Assembly: GCA_033549025.1 (NCBI GenBank)
Contig: JAWSUS010000021.1
Location: 1-62,571, forward strand
Origin: Desulfuromonadales bacterium
Lineage (GTDB): Bacteria > Desulfobacterota > Desulfuromonadia > Desulfuromonadales > SZUA-540
Direction: 5' to 3'
Length of the DNA stretch: 62,571 nucleotides
Both the position numbers and the translations under genes were made by a program. This document shows positions 28,993-39,401 of the stretch, in pieces; position 1 is the first letter of the stretch, and each line of letters begins with the position of its first letter. The notes under the pieces were generated by a model. The model saw nothing but the letters and a program-made list of their open reading frames with translations. It was not told where the DNA came from and did not search any database.

Positions 28993-29451
28993 TCAGAGTA
29001 TTTCCACCAGTTCGATTTCGTAGGTCAGATCTTCACCGATGAGGGGATGGTTGGCGTCGAAGGTCACGGAGTCGTCGGTGACTTCCAGTACGGTGACGAT
29101 CTCAACTTCATCGTCTTCCGTGGTCAGTTCGAGCTCCTGCCCGACTTCGGGAACCATGTCGCCGGGGATCTCGTCCCGACTGACGGTGAAGACCTTGTCG
29201 TCGTCATAGTCGCCAAAGGCGCTCTCCGCCGAGATCTTGACGACTTTTTTCTCCCCCGGCGACATGCCGATCAGGGCATCCTCGATTTCCTGAAAAAATT
29301 CGCCGTCCCCCAGGGTCAGTTCCATGGGGCCTGATTCGCAGTGGTCTTCTTCGCACTGGCCATCATCGAAGGTGGTGTCGAAAATAGAGCCGTCGTTGAG
29401 CTTGCCAATAAAATCGATGCTGACGCGGTCGCCTTTTTTTGCTTTAGCCAT
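28993..29451 (-). CDS. FKBP-type peptidyl-prolyl isomerase (SlyD/FkpB-like)
   Basis: DGSIFDTT, LIGMSPGE, AFG, DANHPLIGEDLTYEIE. Confidence 0.9.
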   Translation of the reverse strand: MAKAKKGDRVSIDFIGKLNDGSIFDTTFDDGQCEEDHCESGPMELTLGDGEFFQEIEDALIGMSPGEKKVVKISAESAFGDYDDDKVFTVSRDEIPGDMVPEVGQELELTTEDDEVEIVTVLEVTDDSVTFDANHPLIGEDLTYEIELVEIL

Positions 29452-29612
29452 CCGGTTGATCCTTCCCTGTCTGTTGCGGTAGTATGTTAGAAACTGCCTT
29501 ATGGTAAGAGGGACGAAGCTGTCCGTCCAGAAAAAAATGCCGTACTTTTTACTCTCGGCTTAAATAGCGGCAAGTCTGTGTGTTTATACTGTCTTTTGAG
29601 GGAGACGATACG

Positions 29613-29846
29613 ATGAAAATCACCATTGAATACTGCGGCAGTTGAGGGTATTTCCCCCGTGCCGCCAGTCTGGCGGAGAAAATTAATCGAGAGCTGCAGG
29701 AAAACCCCGACCTGATCAAATCGATGGGGGGCGTCTTTGAGGTCAAAGCCGATGGCAATCTGATCTATTCCAAAAAGGTCACCGGCGTCTTTCCCGCCGA
29801 AAATGCGGTTATCGACAGTCTGCGCCGGCTGAAGTCCGCAGACTGA
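29613..29846 (+). CDS. SelT/SelW/SelH (Rdx) family selenoprotein, CxxU
   Basis: Manual translation MKITIEYCGS[U]GYFPRAASLAE...GGVFEVKADGNLIYSK...FP; TGA at 29643-29645; GAGGGAG RBS; absent from the ORF track. Confidence 0.9.
29662..29676 (+). promoter_or_regulatory. candidate SECIS hairpin
   Basis: CCGCCA-GTC-TGGCGG stem-loop 16 nt downstream of the UGA. Confidence 0.65.
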
Positions 29847-30064
29847 GAACACGTTTTATCGGCTGGTTTTTTGCTTTCAGGAAAGCCAGCCCCCAAAAGT
29901 CTTTTACCGTCGGTTGTCACGATGGTTCCAAGGGTTTTTAAAGCCCGATTCAAGACGCGTGCAAAGCCCTGGCCGAATTGGGTGCATCGAGACCTGATTT
30001 CTGGTATGATGCCGCCGGCAGATGCCACCTCGTTTATCTGCCATTTCCCCTGACCGGAGTTTTC

Positions 30065-31312
30065 ATGCAAGATATTTTTGACGATACAGAAGCCACCTTC
30101 GAAGAAGACGATCTGGAGATGGCTCAAGAAGCCCTGCACCGGGGCGACAGTCAGGCTGCTCTTGAGCTGGCCCAGGAATTTCTCGTCGAAAATCCTCTCA
30201 ACGTCGAGGCACTGAACCTGTGCGCCATCGCGGCCTCGAAGGAAGAGGATGAGGACAACGCCTATCTGCTCTTTCGCAAAGCCCTCGCCCTGGAACCCCA
30301 TAACGGCACGATCCATCATAATTTTGCCGCCCTGCTCGAGCGTCTCGGCCGCTACGAGGAAGCGCTCGAACATATCCGCTTTGCCCTGAAGCAACAGCCC
30401 GACTTTCCGGAAATCCACGTCAATATGGGCAATGCCCTCGACGCCCTCGGACGTTCGGAGGAGGCTCTGGCCGCCTACGATGAGGCCCTGACCCGCCTGC
30501 CCCAGTCCCCGGACGCGCAGTACAACAAAGGCTACGTGCTGAATCGGTTGGGACGTTTCGAGGAAGCACTTCGCTGTTTCGAACAGGTGCTGGTCGATTA
30601 TCCGGGGGACCAGGCCACCCTGAACAGCCTGAGCTATTCCCTTGCTCATCTGCCCGACCAGGAGGAGGCGCTGGCCTATTGCGACAGCGCCCTGCGGCGG
30701 CATCCCCGTGTGGCCGTCTTCCATTTCAATCGCGGTCTCGCGCTGGGAAGGCTGGCCCGCACCGAAGAAGCTCTCGCCAGCCTGGATCGCGCCATCCGTC
30801 TCGATTCCGGCTTTTTCGAAGCCTTCATGGAGAAGGCCAGCCTTCTGATCGAAACCGGGCGCTACGCCGAGGTGCTGTCTACCGTCAGCCTGGCTGAAAA
30901 GGTCGAACCGGATCATCCCGAACCGCCCTTTTACCGGGGTATCGTGCTGGAAAAGCTCGGAGACCTCGAAGGCGCCCTTGCGGCCATCGATGAGAGCCTG
31001 CGGCGAGATCCCGACTCCATCTACACCCTGAACAACAAGGGGAATGTGCTGATCGACCTCGGACAGCTGGAGGAAGCTCTGGCCTGTTTCGATGCCATTC
31101 TCGAACGCACGACCCGCTATCCCCTGGCTTATTACAATCGCGCCTGCGTCTTTGCCCGCCTCGGGAAAGTCCGTGAAGCGGTCAAGGCTTTGAGCTGTGC
31201 TTCCGCCCAGGAAATGCAATTTCTCGAGGATGCTCTTCATGACCCGGATTTTGACGGCATCCGCAATTCCCGTTCCTTCAAGCGTCTTTATAAAGACAGA
31301 AACACCGATTAA
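30065..31312 (+). CDS. tetratricopeptide repeat protein
   Basis: Repeated NxG..L..LGR.EEAL units; YYNRAC...DPDFDGIR C-terminal cap. Confidence 0.88.
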   Translation: MQDIFDDTEATFEEDDLEMAQEALHRGDSQAALELAQEFLVENPLNVEALNLCAIAASKEEDEDNAYLLFRKALALEPHNGTIHHNFAALLERLGRYEEALEHIRFALKQQPDFPEIHVNMGNALDALGRSEEALAAYDEALTRLPQSPDAQYNKGYVLNRLGRFEEALRCFEQVLVDYPGDQATLNSLSYSLAHLPDQEEALAYCDSALRRHPRVAVFHFNRGLALGRLARTEEALASLDRAIRLDSGFFEAFMEKASLLIETGRYAEVLSTVSLAEKVEPDHPEPPFYRGIVLEKLGDLEGALAAIDESLRRDPDSIYTLNNKGNVLIDLGQLEEALACFDAILERTTRYPLAYYNRACVFARLGKVREAVKALSCASAQEMQFLEDALHDPDFDGIRNSRSFKRLYKDRNTD

Positions 31313-31324
31313 GGCCATCTGCTC

Positions 31325-34018
31325 ATGACCGATTCTTTCGTTTTTCCCGTCCATGGCATGAAATGCCAGAAGTGCGTGGGGCGTGTCCGCGAGGCGCTGT
31401 CGTCCCTTGAGGGCGTCACCGAGGTCGAGGTTTCCCTGGAGGAGCGCCAGGTGCAGGTTACGGTGGAATCCGGCCGCCTGCAGCGCGAGGCGCTGGTGGA
31501 GGCCGTCCGCCGGGCCGGATTCCAGGTGCCGGAAGAAGGCGACGAGGCGGTGGCGCCGGCAGAGGCTTCTTCCCCGGCAGCGACGGATTCGGCCGCCAGG
31601 GAGAACCCCGGTGAGACCGAAAGAGTTACCCTGAAAATTGCTGGCATGACCTGCGCCAACTGTGCCCGAACCATCGAAAAGGGGGTCGGGGGCATGGCCG
31701 GCGTCCAGAGCGCTGTGGTCAATTTTGCGGCGGAAAAACTGCGGGTCGACTTTTGGCCCGAACAGACCGGCGTCGAGGCCATCCAGAAAAAGGTGGAGGA
31801 TCTTGGCTACCGCGCCGCCCTGCCGTCCGGGGAGACCTCGCCCGGCAAACTTTCCTTTTCGGTCCAGGGCATGCACTGTGCGGCCTGTTCGCAGACCATT
31901 GAGAAAAAACTCTCGCAGCTCGAAGGCGTCCGCTCGGCCAGGGTCAACTTCGCCCGCGAGAAGGCGACCGTCGATTTCGATCCGGCCCTTATCGACCGGC
32001 AGGGCATTTTCGAGGCGGTGCGCCGGGCCGGCTACACACCCGTGGCCGCCCAGGACCAGGACGATGCCGAAGAAGGGAAGAAGCAGCTGCGCTGGCTGAT
32101 CTTTTCGGCCCTATTTACGGCCCCGATCATGCCGCTCATGTGGCTGCATCCCTTCGGGGAGGCCACCCTCTATGTGATTTTTGCCCTGGCCACCCTGGTA
32201 CAGTTTACGGCGGGGCTGACCTTTTACAAAGGTGCCACCACCTCGCTGAAAAACGGTGCGGCCAACATGGATGTGCTGGTGGCCATGGGGATCACGGCGG
32301 CCTACGGCTATTCGGTGCTGGCCGGTTTTGGCTGGTTCGGCCTCAGCGGCGAAGTCTTTTTTGAAACCGGCGCCATGCTCATCACCTTCATCCGTTTCGG
32401 CAAATGGCTGGAGGCCCGCGCCAAGGGGAAGGCCGGGCAGGCGCTCAAAAAACTGCTCCACCTGCAGGCGGATCGGGCCCGTATCCTGGTGGATGGGGAG
32501 GAGAAAGAGGTGGCGGCCGACAGCATCGAGGTCGGTGATGTCTTCGTCGTGCGCCCCGGCGAAAAGATCGCCACCGACGGCGTGGTCGTCGAAGGCGGCG
32601 CGGCCGTGGACGAGTCCATGCTCACCGGCGAGGCGGTACCCGTGGACAAGGGTATCGATGACGAGGTCACCGGCGCCACCATCAACCGCAGCGGTCGTCT
32701 GGTCGTACGCGCCACCCGCGTCGGTGAGCAGACGGCGCTGGCCCAGATTGTACGCATGGTCGAAGACGCGCAGGGGGACAAGGCGCCCATCCAGCGTCTG
32801 GCCGATACCGTCTCCAATTACTTTGTGCCCACCGTCGTGGTGATCGCCGCGGCAACCTTTCTGCTCTGGCGTTTTGCCTTCGGGATGGAGTTCCTCTTCG
32901 CCTTCAAGATGGCCATCAGCGTCCTCGTCATCGCCTGTCCCTGCGCCCTCGGTCTGGCTACCCCCACGGCCATCATGGTCGGCAGTTCCGTCGGCCTCTC
33001 CGAGGGAATCCTGTTCAAGCGCGCGACGGTACTTGAAAATATTTCCAAACTGCAGGTCGTGCTTTTCGACAAGACGGGGACCCTGACCCGCGGCGAATTT
33101 ACGGTGACCGATGTCGTCCCTGCTGAAGGGATTGAGGAAAGTGAGCTGTTGCGAATGGCGGCGGCCGCCGAGGCGGAAAGCCACCATCCTCTGGCCCGGG
33201 CTGTCGTTCATGCCGCCAAAGAGCAGAACCTGGACTGGCCCCAGGCCGCCGAGGTGGAGGAGCGGGGCGGCCACGGGCTTCTTTGCGCTATCGACGATGT
33301 TCATGTGGCTGTCGGCAACGAGCGTCTGATGGGGGAGGAGAAGGTCTCCCTGGGAGGCCTGGCCGAACAGGCGCACGAGCTGGCGCGATCCGGCAAATCC
33401 ATCGTCTTTGTCGCCGCTGGGCAGAAAGCCCTCGGACTGCTGGCCCTGGCGGATACGCCGAAGGAAGGCGCGGCAGAAACCATCGCCCGGCTGAAGGATC
33501 TGGGCCTGCGCACGATCATGATCACTGGCGACCGGCTGGCGGTGGCCGAGGCGGTCGCCGCCGAGGTAGGGATCGACGCCGTCGAGGCGGAGGTTCTGCC
33601 CGAACACAAGCAGCAGGTGGTCCGTCGTTATCAGGATGAAGGCTACCTCGTCGGCATGGTGGGGGATGGCATCAATGATGCGCCCGCCCTGGCTCAGGCC
33701 GATATCGGCATCGCCATCGGCAGCGGCACCGACGTGGCCAAGGAGACCGGTGAACTCATCCTGGTCAAGGGCGACATCCGTGACGTCGAGCGCGGCATTC
33801 GCCTGGGGCGAAAGACCCTGTCGAAGATCAAGCAGAATCTCTTCTGGGCCTTTTTTTACAACGTGGCGGGTATCCCTATCGCCGCCGGCGTGCTCTATCC
33901 CGCTTTCGGGCTGGTTCTCAAACCCGAGTTCGCCGGCCTGGCCATGGCTTTTTCGAGCGTGTCGGTCGTCACCAACAGTCTCTTGCTCTGGCGCTACCGC
34001 CAGCGCATGCAGGAATAG
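31325..34018 (+). CDS. copA: copper-translocating P1B-type ATPase with three HMA domains
   Basis: GMKCQKC, GMTCANC, GMHCAAC; TGE, CPC, DKTGTLT, GDGINDAP, YN, MAFSS. Confidence 0.95.
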   Translation: MTDSFVFPVHGMKCQKCVGRVREALSSLEGVTEVEVSLEERQVQVTVESGRLQREALVEAVRRAGFQVPEEGDEAVAPAEASSPAATDSAARENPGETERVTLKIAGMTCANCARTIEKGVGGMAGVQSAVVNFAAEKLRVDFWPEQTGVEAIQKKVEDLGYRAALPSGETSPGKLSFSVQGMHCAACSQTIEKKLSQLEGVRSARVNFAREKATVDFDPALIDRQGIFEAVRRAGYTPVAAQDQDDAEEGKKQLRWLIFSALFTAPIMPLMWLHPFGEATLYVIFALATLVQFTAGLTFYKGATTSLKNGAANMDVLVAMGITAAYGYSVLAGFGWFGLSGEVFFETGAMLITFIRFGKWLEARAKGKAGQALKKLLHLQADRARILVDGEEKEVAADSIEVGDVFVVRPGEKIATDGVVVEGGAAVDESMLTGEAVPVDKGIDDEVTGATINRSGRLVVRATRVGEQTALAQIVRMVEDAQGDKAPIQRLADTVSNYFVPTVVVIAAATFLLWRFAFGMEFLFAFKMAISVLVIACPCALGLATPTAIMVGSSVGLSEGILFKRATVLENISKLQVVLFDKTGTLTRGEFTVTDVVPAEGIEESELLRMAAAAEAESHHPLARAVVHAAKEQNLDWPQAAEVEERGGHGLLCAIDDVHVAVGNERLMGEEKVSLGGLAEQAHELARSGKSIVFVAAGQKALGLLALADTPKEGAAETIARLKDLGLRTIMITGDRLAVAEAVAAEVGIDAVEAEVLPEHKQQVVRRYQDEGYLVGMVGDGINDAPALAQADIGIAIGSGTDVAKETGELILVKGDIRDVERGIRLGRKTLSKIKQNLFWAFFYNVAGIPIAAGVLYPAFGLVLKPEFAGLAMAFSSVSVVTNSLLLWRYRQRMQE

Positions 34019-34021
34019 CGC

Positions 34022-34498
34022 ATGACACCGATCGTAGGGGTTATCGGCGCCGGCACGGTGACGGCGGCAGGTTATGAGGCCGCCCGCCGGGTCGGGCAAT
34101 TGCTGGCCGAGGCCGGACTGGTTCTGGTCTGTGGCGGGCGCGGCGGCGTCATGGAGGCGGCCTGCCGGGGCTGCCAGGAAAAAGGCGGCATCTCCCTGGG
34201 TATTCTGCCGGGAGCGAACCGCCAGGAAGCCAATCCCTACGTGAGCCTTCCCGTCGTCACCGACATGGGTCACGCCCGCAACGTCATCATTGCCCATACC
34301 GCGCAGGTGCTCATCGCCATTGAAGGGGAATACGGCACGCTCTCTGAAATCGCCGTCGCCCTCAAGCTCGGTCGACCCGTCATCGCCCTCGGCCACTGGC
34401 AGCAGGTCGAAGGCGTCATGAAGGCTTCCTCCCCGGAACAGGCCGTGCGCCTGGCTCTTGATTGCCTCGCGGACCATCCTTCACGACAAGGAGAATGA
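34022..34498 (+). CDS. TIGR00725/LOG-like Rossmann-fold protein
   Basis: CGGRGGVMEA, GILPG, ARN, GEYGTLSEI. Confidence 0.85.
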   Translation: MTPIVGVIGAGTVTAAGYEAARRVGQLLAEAGLVLVCGGRGGVMEAACRGCQEKGGISLGILPGANRQEANPYVSLPVVTDMGHARNVIIAHTAQVLIAIEGEYGTLSEIAVALKLGRPVIALGHWQQVEGVMKASSPEQAVRLALDCLADHPSRQGE

Positions 34499-34504
34499 TC
34501 GGAT

Positions 34505-35542
34505 ATGCCCGTCGATTTAAATCGATCCCTCGAATTTTCCCGGCAACTGGTCGATTGGGTGCGCGGCAAGGGGCGCATTCTCATCTTTTGTCACGACAAT
34601 CCCGACCCTGATTCTCTGGCTACTGCCTATGCGCTGCAGCATCTTTTTCTGGTCAAGGCCGGGCAGGAAGCGACCATCGCCTTTGGCGGCATCATCGGGC
34701 GGGGGGAAAACCGTACCATGGTACACCTGCTGGAGATCGACGCCGTCAAGGTGCAGGATCTGGACCTCGATGAGTTCAGTGTTTTCTGTGCCGTCGATAC
34801 CCAGCCGGGGACCGGCAACAATTCCATTCCGGCCGGGTGCCGTCTCGATGTGGTGATCGACCATCATCCGCTGCGCGACGCTACCGCTTTGGTTCGCCTG
34901 GTCGATGTCCGGGAGGATTACGGAGCGGCGGCGACCCTGCTCTTTGAATATCTCAAGGCGCAGGAGATCACCATCTGCACCAAATTGGCGACTATCCTCT
35001 TTTACGCCATCAAATCGGAGACTCAGGATCTGGGCCGCGAGTGGTCCAAGGCTGACCGTGAGGCCTACCTCAGTCTGGTACCGCTGGTCAACAATCACAT
35101 TCTGTATGAGATTACCCATCCGCAAGCGCCCCGGGGTTATTTCAGCAGCTTCAACAAGGCTATCGAGAGCGCCCGCACGTACGGGGATATGCTCGTTTTC
35201 AATCTGTACGATATTGAAGTCCCCGACATGGTCGCTGAAATGGCGGACTTTCTGCTGCGTGTGGACGATGTGGCCGTTGTCATGGGGATGGGCCGTTACA
35301 ACGATATGGGGGTTCTTTCTCTGCGCACGCTGCGCGAAGATCTCAATGCCGGCGATCTCATCCAGCAGGTAGTGCAGGGCATCGGCACCGCCGGAGGACA
35401 CGGCATGATTGCCGGGGGGCAGATCCGGCCTTTTCCTGAGACGCGGGATCAGCAGCACGCGTTGGAAATCACCCTGACAGAGCGTCTGCTGGAAGCTCTC
35501 GGGCTTGAAAAAAGTAAGGGATTAAGCCTGCTCACCAGCTGA
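34505..35542 (+). CDS. DHH/DHHA1 family phosphoesterase
   Basis: HDNPDPD, IDHH, AGGH motifs. Confidence 0.88.
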   Translation: MPVDLNRSLEFSRQLVDWVRGKGRILIFCHDNPDPDSLATAYALQHLFLVKAGQEATIAFGGIIGRGENRTMVHLLEIDAVKVQDLDLDEFSVFCAVDTQPGTGNNSIPAGCRLDVVIDHHPLRDATALVRLVDVREDYGAAATLLFEYLKAQEITICTKLATILFYAIKSETQDLGREWSKADREAYLSLVPLVNNHILYEITHPQAPRGYFSSFNKAIESARTYGDMLVFNLYDIEVPDMVAEMADFLLRVDDVAVVMGMGRYNDMGVLSLRTLREDLNAGDLIQQVVQGIGTAGGHGMIAGGQIRPFPETRDQQHALEITLTERLLEALGLEKSKGLSLLTS

Positions 35543-35622
35543 ATACCTTGCTGCCGCCCGAGCGTTGACTCCATACGCACATCCGGGCTATAAACACATT
35601 CCTTTGCCTGATCGAGGTCACC

Positions 35623-36702
35623 ATGGTTCGTTTTCTATTTGTTGTGCTTTTATGGCTTTTGACCTGCCTGCCGGCGGTCGCGTCCGTCGAAATATCTCTG
35701 GGGGGCAGCAGCCCCGTCACCATTGAGGAAGTCTACCGGCGGGATGGGACCTCTTTTCTCCCGGTGGATGAGGTACTGCGTGCCGTAGGCCTTTCCGGGC
35801 GCTGGATTTCCGTCGAGCATATCTACACCTTCAAGACCCCCCGCGGCACGGCTACCATCTCCCCCGGCAGCCAGTTCATCCGTGTCGCTGGCGATTTCAT
35901 TCCCCTGAGTCACCGTCCCCGCTTCATTGACGGCAAACTGCGCGTCCCGGAAAATTTCGTGACCGGCAATCTCCGCACTCTGCTGGGCCAGACCGTCTAT
36001 TACCGCAACCTGCAGCCGGTTGTCGACGAGGATCCCGAGGGAGAAGAAGGTACCCTCGACCGCCTCTTTGCCTTTTTGCTGAATAAAAAGGAAACAGTCG
36101 CTGCTCCCGGTATTCGCGGGGTGGCAATTGATCCGGGTCACGGCGGCGAGGACCCCGGCGTCATCGGTCTGGATGGCGTCAAGGAAAAGGATGTGACCTT
36201 AAGTGCAGCCCGCCGTTTTGAGAAACTGATCAAGATGCGCCTGGGGATTCCCGTTTATCTCAGCCGTGACGAGGACTATGCTCTCAGCTGGCAAAAACGG
36301 TTCGAACCGGCCCTGCGTAGTGATGTGGACGCCCTCATCACCCTGCACGCCCAGGGCGCTTTTACTTCGGCTCCCCAGGGGCTGACTTTGTTCATCCGCC
36401 CTCAGAACGGGATCGGTGATGACAAGAGTGAAGGGGTTCGGCCCGACCTCAGCCTGAAGCTGGCCCAGGAGCTCAAGGCCTCCCTGGAAAGACAGGGGCT
36501 GCCGGTACTGGATATCGTGCAGGCGCCCTTGCTGCCTCTCGGCCGGGGCGATCTGCCGAGTGTCCTGGTGGAGATGGGTTATCTGACCAACAGGGAAGAC
36601 AAAAAGCAGCTGGCAGAAGATGCCGGACTCGATCGTATGGCCGAAGCCCTCTATGGCGGCTTCAAGGTCTTTGCCGATAAACAAAAGGAGAACATGAATT
36701 GA
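35623..36702 (+). CDS. N-acetylmuramoyl-L-alanine amidase (Amidase_3)
   Basis: Signal peptide; [22 protein letters not shown]. Confidence 0.88.
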   Translation: MVRFLFVVLLWLLTCLPAVASVEISLGGSSPVTIEEVYRRDGTSFLPVDEVLRAVGLSGRWISVEHIYTFKTPRGTATISPGSQFIRVAGDFIPLSHRPRFIDGKLRVPENFVTGNLRTLLGQTVYYRNLQPVVDEDPEGEEGTLDRLFAFLLNKKETVAAPGIRGVAIDPGHGGEDPGVIGLDGVKEKDVTLSAARRFEKLIKMRLGIPVYLSRDEDYALSWQKRFEPALRSDVDALITLHAQGAFTSAPQGLTLFIRPQNGIGDDKSEGVRPDLSLKLAQELKASLERQGLPVLDIVQAPLLPLGRGDLPSVLVEMGYLTNREDKKQLAEDAGLDRMAEALYGGFKVFADKQKENMN

Positions 36703-37433
36703 ACCACCATCCGACTCAACGTAAAGACGGACGCGCCGTCGAGGCCCTGCGTGACGTGTCCTTTGACCTGCATTTTACCCGTTATGCCGAAGGCTCCGTG
36801 CTGGTTTCTTTTGGCAATACCCGCGTTTTATGTAACGCCACCGTGGAAGAGAAGGTGCCTCCCTTCATGAAAGGGGAGGGCCGCGGTTGGGTCACCGCCG
36901 AATATTCCATGCTGCCGCGGGCGACCCACAGCCGATCTCCACGGGAATCCACCCGGGGGAAGGTCGGCGGCCGCACGCATGAAATCCAGCGCCTGATCGG
37001 GCGTTCCCTGCGGGCGGTCATGGATATGGAAGCTCTGGGGGAGCGGACCATTCAGATGGACTGTGACGTCATTCAGGCTGACGGGGGGACGCGTACCGCC
37101 TCCATCACCGGCGCCTATGTCGCCATGGCGCTGGCCGTCAACACGCTGCTCGAAAAAGGGCTGATCGCCCAATCTCCCATCAAGGAGAGCGTTGCCGCCG
37201 TGAGCGTAGGCATCGTCGGGGGGCAACCCGTGCTCGATCTGAATTATGACGAGGATTTCCAGGCTTCGGTCGACATGAACTATGTCATCACCGAGTCCGG
37301 CCGTTTCGTCGAGGTGCAGGGGACGGCAGAAGAAGAGCCTTTTACCTTGCAGGAACTGGACGCACTCCGGGATCTGGCCCTGGTCGGCTGCCGCAAATTG
37401 AGCGAACTGCAGAAAAAGGCCCTGGAGGGGTAA
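36699..37433 (+). CDS. rph: ribonuclease PH
   Basis: [39 protein letters not shown]. Confidence 0.96.
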   Translation: MNHHPTQRKDGRAVEALRDVSFDLHFTRYAEGSVLVSFGNTRVLCNATVEEKVPPFMKGEGRGWVTAEYSMLPRATHSRSPRESTRGKVGGRTHEIQRLIGRSLRAVMDMEALGERTIQMDCDVIQADGGTRTASITGAYVAMALAVNTLLEKGLIAQSPIKESVAAVSVGIVGGQPVLDLNYDEDFQASVDMNYVITESGRFVEVQGTAEEEPFTLQELDALRDLALVGCRKLSELQKKALEG

Positions 37434-37434
37434 G

Positions 37435-38028
37435 ATGGATCTGGTAGTCGCGACGCGCAATCAGGGGAAACTCAAGGAAATCCGCCGGCTGCTGATGGAT
37501 ACCGGCGTCAACGTGCGGGGACTGGACGAGTTTCCCGGAGTCCCGGAAGTCGAGGAGGATGGCGACAGCTTTGAGGCCAACGCCCGCAAGAAGGCGGAAA
37601 CGGTGGCGGCGACGGTGGGACTGTGGACCCTCGCCGACGATTCCGGGCTGACGGTGGACGCCCTCGGCGGCCGGCCCGGGGTCCATTCCGCCCGCTATGC
37701 CGGCCCGGAGGCCACCGATGCCGACAACAATGCCAAACTCATTCAGGAACTGGCAGAGGTGCCCCGGATCCAACGCAAAGGGGCCTTCAACTGCTGCATG
37801 GCCCTGAGTCGGCCGGGGGAGCCGACCCGTGTCTTTCACGGACGGATCGAAGGCCTTCTTCTCGACGAACCCCGGGGCGAAGGGGGGTTCGGATACGACC
37901 CCCTCTTTCTGGTGCGGGAGTACGGCAAGACCATGGCCGAACTGGCGATAGAGGTTAAAAACCGCATCAGTCATCGCGGCCAGGCGCTGCGCCAGGCGCT
38001 GGACTGGATCAAAGACAATCTGCTGTGA
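37435..38028 (+). CDS. rdgB: XTP/dITP diphosphatase (HAM1 family)
   Basis: ATRNQGKLKE, ADDSGL, GFGYDPLF, KNRISHRG. Confidence 0.95.
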   Translation: MDLVVATRNQGKLKEIRRLLMDTGVNVRGLDEFPGVPEVEEDGDSFEANARKKAETVAATVGLWTLADDSGLTVDALGGRPGVHSARYAGPEATDADNNAKLIQELAEVPRIQRKGAFNCCMALSRPGEPTRVFHGRIEGLLLDEPRGEGGFGYDPLFLVREYGKTMAELAIEVKNRISHRGQALRQALDWIKDNLL

Positions 38029-38071
38029 CAACAAAAAAGGTTTGCCGGAAGATGGCAAACCTTTTTTGTTG
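38028..38071. terminator. bidirectional intrinsic terminator
   Basis: CAACAAAAAAGGTTTGCC...GGCAAACCTTTTTTGTTG. Confidence 0.88.
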
Positions 38072-38097
38072 GATAAGTCCCCTTTTACCGATTGGCA

Positions 38098-39333
38098 CTA
38101 GAAGACGGGCGGGGCCGGCGGGGCGATATTGAAGAGGGTTTCGAACTCCCACGAAAAGGTATCCGTCAGCGCATTGCCAAACCGGTCCGTCAGGCCGGGA
38201 TTCAGCCTGGCGGTGTAGCGGGTGTAAGCGAAAAGGGGCTGGCTCGGCTGGAAAGTGAGGCGACGGCTCGGCGCGTCGTAGGTGAGGGTGCCCGGTACCA
38301 ACCCGGCGGAGGACTGGAGTTGGATGCTGTCGTCAGTCAGGGAGCTTTCATCGATATCCTCGCTCAGCACCAGACTGATCGGCGTGTTGACAGGCACCGT
38401 CTGGCCGATTTGGGGCATCAGGGACGAATGGGTGGGCGGTGTGACATCCCAGACCTCGTTTTTCTCCAGAAGTCGTTGATCGTAGAGTGCCACCCGGTCC
38501 ATATCGACCTGCTCCATGGGGATGTGGGACAGCAGTTCGGTAGCGAGAGCCTCGGCTTCGGCCTGGGTCAGGCCTTGCGTTATATCGTTCATCCCCTCAA
38601 CCAGCCGGCTTTTCTCTTCCAGAATCGCGCTGCTTGCCACCAGCAGGGCCGCATCGTATTGGGTCGCCGGAATGTCGCCGGCAAAAAGCACCTCCATCTC
38701 GGCCAGCAATGCCCCCATAAGGCGGGTCAGCACGCGGGCGGTGTTGTGCGCCTTGACGGCTGCCGCCCTCCGGTCCGCGTCCGCCGAAGAGAGGGACAGT
38801 GCCACATAGTCCTCCAGCAGGCTGAGGTCCTCGGAAAGGTTTAACGCGTTGCGTACATGCACTTCGGCTTCCGGTGCGGCCATCTGCGGGAACTTTTCGA
38901 GTTCATGCTTGATCAGGGTCGAAAGCGGCGAGATGAAACCGTGGTGCCCCGCCGGAGCCTCCAGGGTCACATGGAAGGCGACGGGTTCCTCGATGTTGTC
39001 CTCATCGATCGTTTCGCCGGCGCGGACCTGCACCACCACGGGATAACGCTCGCCGTCCCCTTGCGCTACCGACAGGCTGTAATAGCCCTGCTCGCCCGAT
39101 CGGGTTGCCGGCTCATCGGCATCGTGGCGCTTATTGCCGTTACGATCGAGAAAGACCAGGGCGTTACGCAGATAGCCGTCAGCTACGCGCCCTTCCAGGA
39201 GGGTGGCGGAGGCCGACAGGTCGGGCAGAGAAGCCGGATCGCCCGACATGGAACTATCTCCTCCACTGCCGCCGCAGCCGCCCAGCAAGATGGCGCCGAG
39301 CAACAACAGTACGCCGTTAATCCGTATATTCAT
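38098..39333 (-). CDS. lipoprotein with C-terminal Ig-like (Big_5-type) domain
   Basis: LLGGC lipobox, G/S linker, GRVADGYL..A.VFLDRNGN, C-terminal Ig-like domain; AAGGAG RBS. Confidence 0.8.
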   Translation of the reverse strand: MNIRINGVLLLLGAILLGGCGGSGGDSSMSGDPASLPDLSASATLLEGRVADGYLRNALVFLDRNGNKRHDADEPATRSGEQGYYSLSVAQGDGERYPVVVQVRAGETIDEDNIEEPVAFHVTLEAPAGHHGFISPLSTLIKHELEKFPQMAAPEAEVHVRNALNLSEDLSLLEDYVALSLSSADADRRAAAVKAHNTARVLTRLMGALLAEMEVLFAGDIPATQYDAALLVASSAILEEKSRLVEGMNDITQGLTQAEAEALATELLSHIPMEQVDMDRVALYDQRLLEKNEVWDVTPPTHSSLMPQIGQTVPVNTPISLVLSEDIDESSLTDDSIQLQSSAGLVPGTLTYDAPSRRLTFQPSQPLFAYTRYTARLNPGLTDRFGNALTDTFSWEFETLFNIAPPAPPVF

Positions 39334-39401
39334 TGTGGTTCTCCTTGCAAAATTATGCCGAATGTTCATTTCCGTTTTAGCGGCCGGGGCAGATAACATC
39401 C

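Noticed and set aside
24260..34477. Long antisense ORFs (e.g. 24260..26626, 26569..28329, 29765..31876, 32111..34477, and similar ones elsewhere)
   Set aside because: Shadows of well-supported genes on the opposite strand, expected from GC-rich codon bias; no recognisable motifs
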